From Candidatus Moraniibacteriota bacterium (GTDB lineage: Bacteria; Patescibacteriota; Minisyncoccia; Moranbacterales; DUUL01), in assembly GCA_018399935.1 (NCBI GenBank), contig JAGYNP010000010.1:1-25060 (forward strand): a stretch of DNA of 25,060 bases. Direction: 5' to 3'. The notes under the pieces were generated by a model, which searched no databases, was not told the DNA's origin, and saw nothing but the letters and a program-made list of their open reading frames with translations. The stretch's first letter is position 1, and every line of letters begins with the position of its first letter. The translations under genes were made by a program, and so were the position numbers. Shown in pieces: positions 16,712-24,975 of the stretch.

Positions 16712-16891
16712 ATGACTGAAGAAGATGGAATAATTGAAAGAAAAATTAATTGGCAGGTGTTTTGGGAGGATCTTATGTGGTTGTCAAAAGAAAAAGAGTC
16801 TGAATTTAGGGAAGCTTTCCAAATAAATAGGTGTTCTCTTCGGATCCCTTTTGGTCCAGTGGATGGTAGCGGAAATTGGGCTAATGAATAA
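16712..16891 (+). CDS. Possible small hypothetical protein (59 aa)
   Basis: AAGGGGGG RBS-like run before ATG 16712; no family recognised. Confidence 0.35.
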   Translation: MTEEDGIIERKINWQVFWEDLMWLSKEKESEFREAFQINRCSLRIPFGPVDGSGNWANE

Positions 16892-17097
16892 AAATTATTG
16901 GGTTTTTAACACAATTTTTTAAAAGAAGTGTTTTGTAGAAGAATTAGAAAAATTAAAGAAAAAAACAAGGAGACAGGTGAAAGTTATTGGAAACTAAAGT
17001 TATATTACTTCCCGCAACTTTGAAAAATATTAGAGTTGCATGAGAAAATTTCAATTAAAATAAATCTTTGAAGATTGATAATCTTATCATTTAAATA

Positions 17098-17125
17098 AAA
17101 AAGAGAAGTATTAGCTTCTCTTTTT
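17098..17125. terminator. Bidirectional intrinsic terminator
   Basis: AAAAAGAGAAG-TATTAG-CTTCTCTTTTT, about 35 nt downstream of the miaB stop. Confidence 0.85.
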
Positions 17126-17159
17126 CTTAATTCTTAAATCATAATTTTTCGTTCTAGAT

Positions 17160-18287
17160 CTAAAAATATTTTCTAAGAATTTTTTCTCTTTTCTTTTTTT
17201 CTTCCAAACTTACATCATTTTCAAGTTTAAAAGAGGTGGTGCCAGGGCGAGGGGAATATTTATTGATATAGGCTTTGAAAAATGAAATTAACTTGAAAAC
17301 TTTAACAGTTTCTTGAAAATCTTTTTCGGTTTCTCCAGGGAAACCAACAATTACATCAGTAGAAAATTTAATTTTCGGAATTTTTTTCTGAGTTTTTTTA
17401 ATTAAATTTAAATAATGTTTTTGAGTGTAGAGGCGGTTCATGGCTTTAAGTATTTTGTCACTTCCAGATTGTATTGGAAGATGAATTTCTCGAGAAATAT
17501 TTTTATTATTAGCGATAACCTCAATTAGTTTATCGGAATAGTCTTTAGGGTGAGAAGTTAAAAAGTTAAATTTAATTGAAGGAAATTTTTTAGCAAGAGT
17601 GTCCAATAAATTTGGAAAGGTTATTTTTTTATCATTAAACGAGTTGACATTTTGACCTAACAAAGTAATTTTTTGATATTTTTTATTTGAGAGATATTGA
17701 ACTTCATTCAAAATATCCTTAAAAGATCTGGACCATTCTCGACCTCGAGCATAAGGAACGATACAATATGAACAAAAATTATTACAACCAGTCATAATAG
17801 GAACTAAGGCCGAGGTCTTTTTCTCATATTTAGGTTTAATTTTAAGGTAGTTGTTTCTTTTATAATTCTTTGATATATAAGAATGATCTGTTGAGGTTAT
17901 ATAAGTATCTTTATAATTATTTGTTTTATTGTTATTCGATAATTTTAATTTTTTGTTTTTTTTTAGAAAGTCTAAAATTTGAGGAAAATTTTCAATTGAA
18001 ACAAAAAGATCAACTTTTTTTTCTAATTTTTGTCTAAAATTTTTGCGATAAACTAAACAACCAGTAACTATAATGGCTTTCTCAGGATTTTTTTTGAAAA
18101 CATTATGGATTTGGCCATAAACTCTGTCTTCAGCTGTTTGTCGAATTCCGCAAGTATTGAAAATTATTAAATTAGCCTGTTTTATTTTAGACGTTGATTT
18201 GAAATTATTTTTTTCGATAAAAGTTGCTATTCGTTCTGAATCAGAAAAGTTCATTTGGCAACCGAAAGTACGGATAAAATAGTTCAT
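17160..18287 (-). CDS. miaB: MiaB-type tRNA methylthiotransferase (radical SAM), lacking the C-terminal TRAM domain
   Basis: TFGCQMN.SDSE, NTCGIR..AE.R, TGC (UPF0004 cluster Cys), GCNNFCSYC, LLGQNVNS, SHP, HLPIQSGS, VGFPGET, YSPRPGT. Confidence 0.9.
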   Translation of the reverse strand: MNYFIRTFGCQMNFSDSERIATFIEKNNFKSTSKIKQANLIIFNTCGIRQTAEDRVYGQIHNVFKKNPEKAIIVTGCLVYRKNFRQKLEKKVDLFVSIENFPQILDFLKKNKKLKLSNNNKTNNYKDTYITSTDHSYISKNYKRNNYLKIKPKYEKKTSALVPIMTGCNNFCSYCIVPYARGREWSRSFKDILNEVQYLSNKKYQKITLLGQNVNSFNDKKITFPNLLDTLAKKFPSIKFNFLTSHPKDYSDKLIEVIANNKNISREIHLPIQSGSDKILKAMNRLYTQKHYLNLIKKTQKKIPKIKFSTDVIVGFPGETEKDFQETVKVFKLISFFKAYINKYSPRPGTTSFKLENDVSLEEKKKREKILRKYF

Positions 18288-18527
18288 ATTTTTATTGTAA
18301 ATAAGAATAAGATGTAAAATATAAATTAATTAATTTAAAAAGGATATAAAAAAATAAGAACACGAAAAAGGGATAAACCTTAATATTTAGATTAAAAATC
18401 TCAAAATTCAAAAGTCAAAGGTTTTTGTGTTTTTAATTTCCCTGTTGGTAGGCAGATTTAAATATTTTGATTTTTGATCTGTATATTTAGTGGAAACTTT
18501 ATTTATATCTTGCTATTTCTAAAAGAA

Positions 18528-20288
18528 TTATTTTTTTAGTTTAATTTCATTTTCAATTAATTCTAAGAATTCATCAATTTTTATAATTTTTTGTTCTTTA
18601 TTATTTCTTTTTCTAATTGTTACTAAATTATCTTTCTCTTCTTTTTTTCCTGCAATTAAAATATAAGGAATTTTTAATTTAGTTGATTCAGCAATTCTTT
18701 TTCCGAGTGAATCATCAGAATTAAATAATTTAACTCGGTAATCTTGTTTTTTTAGTTTGGCAAAAACTTTTTTGGAATACTTATCAAATTTTTCAGATAC
18801 TGGTAGAATTCCGATTTGAATTGGAGCAATCCAAAGAGGGAAGTTTCCAGCGTAATATTCAATTAAGAAAGCAAAAAATCTTTCAAAAGATCCAATCAAA
18901 GCTCGATGAATTACAAAAGGGCGTTCTTTCTCTCCATCTTTATTGATGAAATTTAAATCAAATCTTTTTGGTAAGTTGAAATCTATTTGAATAGTTGAAA
19001 TTGAATCTTCTTTTCCAAATACATTAATGGCCTGAACATCGATTTTAGGTCCATAAAAAGCAGCCTCACCTTTTTCTTCGTAGAAATCAACTTTTGATTC
19101 TTCGAGAACTTCTCGCATAATATTTTCAGTTTTTTCCCAATCCTTTTTCTTTCCAACATATTTTTCTTTTTCATTATCCGAGAGGGAAAGTCGGAATTTG
19201 TAGTTTTTGAATCCGAGATCTTTGTAGAATTTTAAAAGCATTTCTAAGACTTCAATAAATTCAGTTTTGAGTTGATCCGAAGTACAAAAAATATGGGCAT
19301 CATTTTGAGTAAAACCTCTGACTCTTTGAAGTCCATGAAGTTCGCCGGATTTTTCATATCGATAAACTGTCCCAAATTCTCCCATTTTAATAGGCATTTC
19401 ACGATAGCTTTTTGGTTTCAGTTTGTATACCAGCATTGTAGCAGGGCAGTTCATTGGTTTTAAGTAAAAGATTTCATTATCAATTTTCATTGGGGAATAC
19501 ATAGATTTATTGTAAAATCCAAGATGGCCAGAAGTTTCAAATAACTTTTTCTTGTTGATATGGGGAGTTAAAATATGTTCATATCCGTAGCTTCTTTCCA
19601 TTTTTAACATATAATCTTCTAAAACTCTTCTCATTGCATAACCTTTTGGTAACCAAACTGGAAGACCCTGTCCAATTTCTGAAATATTGGCAAAAAGTTC
19701 TAATTTTTTTCCAATTATTTGATGATTTCTTTTTTTAGCTTCTTCTAAGTTAAATAAATATTTTTTTAAATTTTTTTTATTATTAAAAACCGTTCCATAA
19801 ATTCTTTGAAGCATTGGATTTTTTTCATTTCCTTTCCAATATGCTCCAGAAATAGAAATTAATTTAAAAGCTTGAGCATCTACTTCACCGGTTGATTCGA
19901 GATGTGGGCCGCTGCAAAGATCAATAAAATTTCCTGATTTATAAACCAGAACTTTTTTCTTTCCTTCTTTTATTAAGTCTTCAATAAGTTCTATTTTATA
20001 AGTTTGGTTTAGTTTTCTAAATTTTTCTAAAGCTTTTTCGGTGGAAATAGCTTTTTTTTCAAAAGGAAAGTTGGCTTTAATAATTTTTTTCATTTCTTTT
20101 TCTAACAAAGCTAAATCTTCTGGAATTAAAGTTCTAGGAAGTTCAAAGTCATAATAAAAACCATCGTCAGTAGCCGGACCAATAGCGAACTTAGCTTCTG
20201 GAAAAAAATTTAAAACTGCTGTTGCTAAAATATGAGCAGTACTGTGACGAAGAATATTAATCTTCTCAATTTTCTTATCATTTTGCAT
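18528..20288 (-). CDS. thrS: Threonyl-tRNA synthetase (no N-terminal TGS domain)
   Basis: RHSTAH and DLCSGPH editing motifs, KPMNCP, RYEKSGELHGL.RVRGFTQNDAH, FYGPKID, STIQ.DF, IHRA..GS.ERF, anticodon-binding domain. Confidence 0.99.
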   Translation of the reverse strand: MQNDKKIEKINILRHSTAHILATAVLNFFPEAKFAIGPATDDGFYYDFELPRTLIPEDLALLEKEMKKIIKANFPFEKKAISTEKALEKFRKLNQTYKIELIEDLIKEGKKKVLVYKSGNFIDLCSGPHLESTGEVDAQAFKLISISGAYWKGNEKNPMLQRIYGTVFNNKKNLKKYLFNLEEAKKRNHQIIGKKLELFANISEIGQGLPVWLPKGYAMRRVLEDYMLKMERSYGYEHILTPHINKKKLFETSGHLGFYNKSMYSPMKIDNEIFYLKPMNCPATMLVYKLKPKSYREMPIKMGEFGTVYRYEKSGELHGLQRVRGFTQNDAHIFCTSDQLKTEFIEVLEMLLKFYKDLGFKNYKFRLSLSDNEKEKYVGKKKDWEKTENIMREVLEESKVDFYEEKGEAAFYGPKIDVQAINVFGKEDSISTIQIDFNLPKRFDLNFINKDGEKERPFVIHRALIGSFERFFAFLIEYYAGNFPLWIAPIQIGILPVSEKFDKYSKKVFAKLKKQDYRVKLFNSDDSLGKRIAESTKLKIPYILIAGKKEEKDNLVTIRKRNNKEQKIIKIDEFLELIENEIKLKK

Positions 20289-20352
20289 AGAATCAAATTA
20301 AATAATTAAAAAATAGTATATTATTAAAATTAAATTATCAAATTAGTTTTTT

Positions 20353-20424
20353 AAAACAAAAACCCCATCTTAAAAATAATTCAAAGTAAATTTAAACAAT
20401 GAATAATTTCTAAGACGAGGTTTT
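20353..20424 (-). terminator. Attenuator terminator of the thrS leader
   Basis: Minus strand AAAACCUCGUCUUAGAAAUUAUUC ... GAAUUAUUUUUAAGAUGGGGUUUU followed by UGUUUU; its 5' arm contains the antiterminator 3' strand. Confidence 0.8.
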
Positions 20425-20646
20425 AAATAGTAATTTTTCCGAATTTTTTTATTTGTTCTATCTGTCAGAGTGGAAAAATAATATTTATAAATAATTTTTT
20501 TATCCCGCGGTTCCACTTAGATTTCTCCTTTATTTTAATAGAAAATTTTGGAGACAACTTTCTTATTAATAACTTAGTCAAGAATTTATCTTGAATTTCA
20601 TTTTTGAAATATATGTTTGGTGGACATATCAATCGTTATAAGAACT
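20353..20646 (-). ncRNA. T-box riboswitch (Thr) upstream of thrS
   Basis: T-box bulge UGGAACC (20515-20509) flanked by CUAAG and GCGGG, which pair with CUCGU-CUUAG (20419-20410). Stem III UCUCC/GGAGA. 5' hairpin AUAUGU-CCACCAA-ACAUAU with Thr codon ACC (20621-20619). Mutually exclusive terminator downstream. Confidence 0.82.
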
Positions 20647-20652
20647 AATAAT

Positions 20653-20680
20653 ATTATAAAACTAATTAAATAGTTGTCAA
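20653..20680 (-). promoter_or_regulatory. Sigma70 promoter for the thrS leader
   Basis: TTGACA (20680-20675), 16 nt, TATAAT (20658-20653); predicted TSS about 20646, just before Stem I. Confidence 0.85.
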
Positions 20681-20696
20681 GAGTCTCTTTTTTTTG

Positions 20697-20725
20697 TTGA
20701 CTTTTTTATTTATTGGGTATATATT
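20697..20725 (+). promoter_or_regulatory. Divergent sigma70 promoter for the DUF5320 gene
   Basis: TTGACT (20697-20702), 17 nt, TATATT (20720-20725). Confidence 0.65.
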
Positions 20726-20777
20726 CAAAATAATAATAATTAAATTTTTATATGAAAAAAGAAGGGAGGTGTTATTT

Positions 20778-21011
20778 ATGCCAAGAAGAGATCAGACGGG
20801 TCCAGAAGGAATGGGACCAATGACAGGTAGAGGTTTAGGTCGTTGTGCTGGTAGAGGTTCTTCTCAAAAAAGGAGCGGTTTTTTTGGAAGGAATAGGAGA
20901 GTTTTAGATTCAACAGATGAAGAAAGAAAGAAAATTTTAGAAAAAGAAGTTGAATCTAAAAGAGAGGAATTAGAAGAGTTGAATAGAGAATTATCTGACA
21001 TTGATAAATAA
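20778..21011 (+). CDS. DUF5320-family small protein (77 aa)
   Basis: MPRRDQTGPEGMGPMTGRGLGRC N-terminus, Gly/Arg linker, C-terminal coiled coil; strong GGAGGTG RBS fixes the start at 20778. Confidence 0.85.
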   Translation: MPRRDQTGPEGMGPMTGRGLGRCAGRGSSQKRSGFFGRNRRVLDSTDEERKKILEKEVESKREELEELNRELSDIDK

Positions 21012-21023
21012 TGTTAATAAAAT

Positions 21024-21057
21024 CAAAAAACTACTCTGTTTTTTGGGTAGTTTTTTG
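21024..21057. terminator. Intrinsic terminator-like hairpin
   Basis: CAAAAAACTAC ... GTAGTTTTTTG, 11-bp arms. Confidence 0.7.
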
Positions 21058-21082
21058 TCTTAATAATTAGAAATTAAAAAAA

Positions 21083-21358
21083 ATGTCAAGGCCGAGATTA
21101 AAAAGAAGATTGAGATTTAAGCCATCTGTTTGTTATTATAAGCCACGGGGTATTCCTTTGTGTCAACTAAAAGAAGTTAATATTAGTAGAGAAGAATTAG
21201 AAGCAATTAAATTAAAAGATTATGATAATTTAAGTCAAGAACAAGCAGCTTTGGAAATGAAAGTTTCTCAAAGTACTTTTCAAAGAATTTTATATTTAGC
21301 CAGAGTTAAGATTGCGGAGGGTATTGTAGAAGGAAGAGCTTTTAGAATTGAAAAATAA
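21083..21358 (+). CDS. DUF134 (UPF0251) predicted DNA-binding protein
   Basis: MSRPR..R, YYKPRG, EELEAIKL.DY..L.QE.AA..M.VSQSTF.RIL..AR.KIAE..VEG. Confidence 0.9.
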   Translation: MSRPRLKRRLRFKPSVCYYKPRGIPLCQLKEVNISREELEAIKLKDYDNLSQEQAALEMKVSQSTFQRILYLARVKIAEGIVEGRAFRIEK

Positions 21359-21375
21359 AAAAGGTTTTAAATAGA

Positions 21376-24300
21376 TTACAAAACATTAACATTTTCTTTG
21401 TTAATAATTTTTTCAAATTTCTTGATTAAATTTTTGCTATATTTAATTTTTATAGGTAATTCTAATTTTTTACTTCCTCCTTCAGTTGTCAGAAATATTT
21501 TACTGTCGCCTTTTTCGGAGTCTTTGATTAATTGATAAATTAAGTTTAAGTTTTTTTGAGCATTTGTTTTAATTAAGTGAAGGGTTATATTTTTTATTTT
21601 TTCAACATTGGCTTGATTACTATTGCTGTTATTACTGCTATTGTTGTTAAATCCATTATTAAATCCACCTATACTAAAATTAGTTTTTTTACCTTCTTTT
21701 CTAAATTTTTTTAGTTCTTCATTATCAACTGGATTGACTTCTTCGCAAAGTAGTTTGTATTCACCGTCTTTATCGGAGAGTTTGCCTTTGATTAAAACTA
21801 TTTTTTCTTCTTGCCATATTTCTGGATTTTCTTCTAATGTTTTAGGGAAAACTAAAACTTCCATTTTTCCTATTCCATCTTCTATTGTGTTAAACATCAT
21901 TAATTTGTTTCTACGGGTATAAATTTTATGAATTTTAGTTATTATTCCTCCTAAAACTATACTTTGGTTAATTAAACCACTGTGAAGATTTCGAATAGGA
22001 GTAGCATGAGCAGAAAAATAATCTTGATAGTTTCTAAGAGGATGATCAGAAACATATAATCCTAGTAATTCTTTTTCCCAGGATAATAATATTCTATCAG
22101 AAGCTGGTTTAACTTCAGTAAAAGTTATTTTTGGGGTTTCTGTTTGACTTTGATTGTTTTCATTAGTTAGACCAAAAAGAGAAGTTTGACCAGAGGCTAC
22201 TGTTTTGTGGTATTGTTTAGCATAGCCTAAAAGTAATTCTACATTTTCTAATAATTTATTTCTTTCTATTAAATTTCCAAGTGCTCCAGATTTTCCAAGT
22301 GCCTCTAATGATTTTTTGTTCATATCTCTGGATTCAATTCTTTCAATAAAGTCAATTATATCTTTATAGTGGCCATTTTTCTTTCTTTCTTTAATGATTT
22401 CGTTTGCAATTTTACTTCCGACTCCTTTAATAGCTTCTAATCCAAATCTAATTTTTGGTAAAGTTTCTGTTTTTGAATTAGCTCGTTTTTTAATTTTTTC
22501 TATTTCTTCAAGATTGTTTGTTATCACTGCAAATTCGTGCAAACTTTCATTAACATCAGGTGGTAAAACCTCAATTCCCATTTGTCGAGCTTCTTCAATT
22601 TCAATAGCAATTCTATCAGTATCATCTTTATCGGAGTTTAAAAGAGCTGCCATAAATTGAGTTGGATAATGAGCTTTTAAAAAAGCTGTTTGATAACCAA
22701 TTAAAGCATAGCAAGCAGCATGACTACGATTAAAACCATAGCCAGCAAAAGGTTCAATGAATGAAAAAACTTTTTCAGCTAAAGTTCTGTTAATTTTGTT
22801 TTTAACGCATCCTTCAATAAATTTCTTTTTTTGTTCTTGGATCATTTCGTGAATTTTTTTACCCATAGCTTTCCGTAAAATATCTGCTTCTCCAGGGGTA
22901 AAACCAGCTAATTCACGAGCAATTTGCATTACTTGTTCTTGGTAAACGGCTACTCCATAAGTATTTTTTAAAATTGGTTTAAGCTTTGGGTGAAGGTATT
23001 CAATTCTTTTCGTACCATGTTTACCACCAATAAAATCGGGAATCCATTCCATTGGTCCTGGTCTGTATAAAGCTACTATTGCAATAATATCCTCAAAGAC
23101 AGTTGGTTTTAATAATTTTAAATATCTTTTCATTCCCGATGACTCTAACTGAAAAACTCCTGTTGTATCACCACGTTGAAGAAGTTTGAAGGTTTTCTTA
23201 TCTTTTATTGATAAATTATCTATATCAATTATATCTCCAGTGGTTTTTTTAATTATCTTTAAAGCATTTTGAATAATGGTTAGATTTTTTAATCCTAAAA
23301 AATCCATTTTAACCAAACCAATTTTTTCAATATAAGAAGATTTAGAAGAAGCGTTGTATTGTGTTACTACTCCTTGATCTTCTTTTCCAACCATATATTG
23401 TAAGGGAGTATATTCAACTACTGGTTCGGGTGTTATTACTACTCCACAGGCATGAACTGAGGCGTGACGAGCTACGCCTTCCAATTTCAAAGCAGCATCT
23501 AAAATAGTTTTAGCATCGTCATTTTTTTGATACTCATTTTTTAGTTCGGTTGATTTTTCTAAGGCATCAGGAAGTTTAGTAAAATCAGGGACCATTTTTG
23601 ATAATTTATCACAATAAGCATATTCAAAGCCTAAAACTCTTCCAGCGTCTCGAATGGCTGCTTTAGCTGCCATAGTTCCAAAGGTAATAATTTGAGCTAC
23701 ATGATCACGACCAAATTTATTTCGAACATATTCCAAAACATCATCTCGTCGATCATCTGGAAAATCTAAATCGATATCAGGTAAAGATATTCTGTCTGGA
23801 TTTAAAAATCTTTCAAATAATAAATTGAACTCAATTGGATCTAGATTAGTAATTCTAGTTAAATAGGCAATAATACTTCCAGCAGCACTTCCTCGACCTG
23901 GTCCAACAATAATCCCATTATCTTTAGCCCAAGCAACGAAATCTTGAACAATTAAAAAATAACCAGCAAACCCCATTTTTTCGATTACACTTAGTTCATA
24001 TTTCAGTCTTTTTCTATGAACTTCGTTAATGTTTTTACCATAACGTTCTTTTAAGCCTTTTTCACAAAGTTTTTTTAAATAAGTTTGAGGAGTGTGATTT
24101 TCAGGAACTTCATAATTTGGTAATTTATGATTATCAAATTCGATTTCGACTTTACAACGATCGGCAATTTTTTGAGTATTTTCTAGTGCTTCGGGTATAT
24201 CACTGAAGGCTTCATACATTTCTTCTTTACTTCTTAAATGAAGTGGAAATTCTTTCATCGAAAACCTGTTTGTGTCAGTTACTTTTTTGCCAGTTTGAAG

Positions 24301-24975
24301 ACACATTAAAATATCTTGAACAGCTCCATCGTCTTTATTGACATAGTGAACATCTGCTGTGGCTACTAATGGAATGTTAGTTTTTTTAGCTATCTTTTTT
24401 AATCCTTTATTGGCTAAAACTTGTTTTTCAAGTTGAGGAAGATGCTGAAGTTCTAAGAAGTAATTATTTTTGCCTAAAATACTTTGGTATTCCAAGGCTT
24501 TTTTTTCAGCTTCTTTTATTTTATTGTTAATAACTAATTGTGATATTTCTCCTTGAACACATCCACTACAACCAATTAAACCTTTGGAATATTTTTTTAG
24601 TATTTTTAAATCAATTCGTGGTTTATAATAGAAACCCTTTAAATGAGCTTCAGTTGTCAATTTCATTAAATTTTGATAGCCTTGATTATTTTCTGCTAGT
24701 AAAATTAAATGAAAACGATCTTCATCAACTCGGGGTTTCTTATTCTCAAGACCATTAGGTGCAACATAAAACTCGCAACCAATAATTGGTTTTATTCCAG
24801 CTTTTTTGGCTTTTAAATAAAATTCAATTACTCCATACATTGTTCCATGATCAGTAATGGCTAAAGAATTCATTTTGTATTCTTTAGCTTTTTCTAAAAG
24901 ATCGTCAATTTTTCCTAGTCCATCTAATAAGCTATAGTGAGTATGAACATGTAAATGAGTGAATTTTTTATCCAC
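21376..24975 (-). CDS. dnaE: DNA polymerase III alpha subunit
   Basis: PHP domain (HLHVHTHYSLLDG, AITDHG), GPGRGSAAGS, FERFLNPDR, PDIDLDF, KMDFLGL, GVFQLES, YGFNRSHA, OB fold, C-terminal domain; no intein-sized insertion. Confidence 0.99.
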   Translation of the reverse strand: MDKKFTHLHVHTHYSLLDGLGKIDDLLEKAKEYKMNSLAITDHGTMYGVIEFYLKAKKAGIKPIIGCEFYVAPNGLENKKPRVDEDRFHLILLAENNQGYQNLMKLTTEAHLKGFYYKPRIDLKILKKYSKGLIGCSGCVQGEISQLVINNKIKEAEKKALEYQSILGKNNYFLELQHLPQLEKQVLANKGLKKIAKKTNIPLVATADVHYVNKDDGAVQDILMCLQTGKKVTDTNRFSMKEFPLHLRSKEEMYEAFSDIPEALENTQKIADRCKVEIEFDNHKLPNYEVPENHTPQTYLKKLCEKGLKERYGKNINEVHRKRLKYELSVIEKMGFAGYFLIVQDFVAWAKDNGIIVGPGRGSAAGSIIAYLTRITNLDPIEFNLLFERFLNPDRISLPDIDLDFPDDRRDDVLEYVRNKFGRDHVAQIITFGTMAAKAAIRDAGRVLGFEYAYCDKLSKMVPDFTKLPDALEKSTELKNEYQKNDDAKTILDAALKLEGVARHASVHACGVVITPEPVVEYTPLQYMVGKEDQGVVTQYNASSKSSYIEKIGLVKMDFLGLKNLTIIQNALKIIKKTTGDIIDIDNLSIKDKKTFKLLQRGDTTGVFQLESSGMKRYLKLLKPTVFEDIIAIVALYRPGPMEWIPDFIGGKHGTKRIEYLHPKLKPILKNTYGVAVYQEQVMQIARELAGFTPGEADILRKAMGKKIHEMIQEQKKKFIEGCVKNKINRTLAEKVFSFIEPFAGYGFNRSHAACYALIGYQTAFLKAHYPTQFMAALLNSDKDDTDRIAIEIEEARQMGIEVLPPDVNESLHEFAVITNNLEEIEKIKKRANSKTETLPKIRFGLEAIKGVGSKIANEIIKERKKNGHYKDIIDFIERIESRDMNKKSLEALGKSGALGNLIERNKLLENVELLLGYAKQYHKTVASGQTSLFGLTNENNQSQTETPKITFTEVKPASDRILLSWEKELLGLYVSDHPLRNYQDYFSAHATPIRNLHSGLINQSIVLGGIITKIHKIYTRRNKLMMFNTIEDGIGKMEVLVFPKTLEENPEIWQEEKIVLIKGKLSDKDGEYKLLCEEVNPVDNEELKKFRKEGKKTNFSIGGFNNGFNNNSSNNSNSNQANVEKIKNITLHLIKTNAQKNLNLIYQLIKDSEKGDSKIFLTTEGGSKKLELPIKIKYSKNLIKKFEKIINKENVNVL

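Noticed and set aside
16889-17030. Frameshifted continuation of the small ORF after rsmI
   Set aside because: A protein-like stretch follows, but joining it needs two separate frameshifts and there is no homology support.
20694-20777. N-terminal extension of the DUF5320 ORF
   Set aside because: It overlaps the predicted promoter; the GGAGGTG RBS and family N-terminus place the start at 20778.
9110-24758. Antisense or nested short ORFs in the track (e.g. 9110-9337, 12837-13046, 13530-13838, 14349-14546, 14880-15122, 16085-16300, 18983-19174, 19272-19463, 21623-21922, 22394-22660, 24540-24758)
   Set aside because: They lie within well-supported genes and have the residue bias expected of shadow frames of AT-rich coding DNA.
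21376-24975. Intein or intron in dnaE (and in nrdD)
   Set aside because: Lengths and motif spacing are normal. The only odd segment is a short Asn/Ser-rich linker near the DnaE C-terminus (about 21608-21670).
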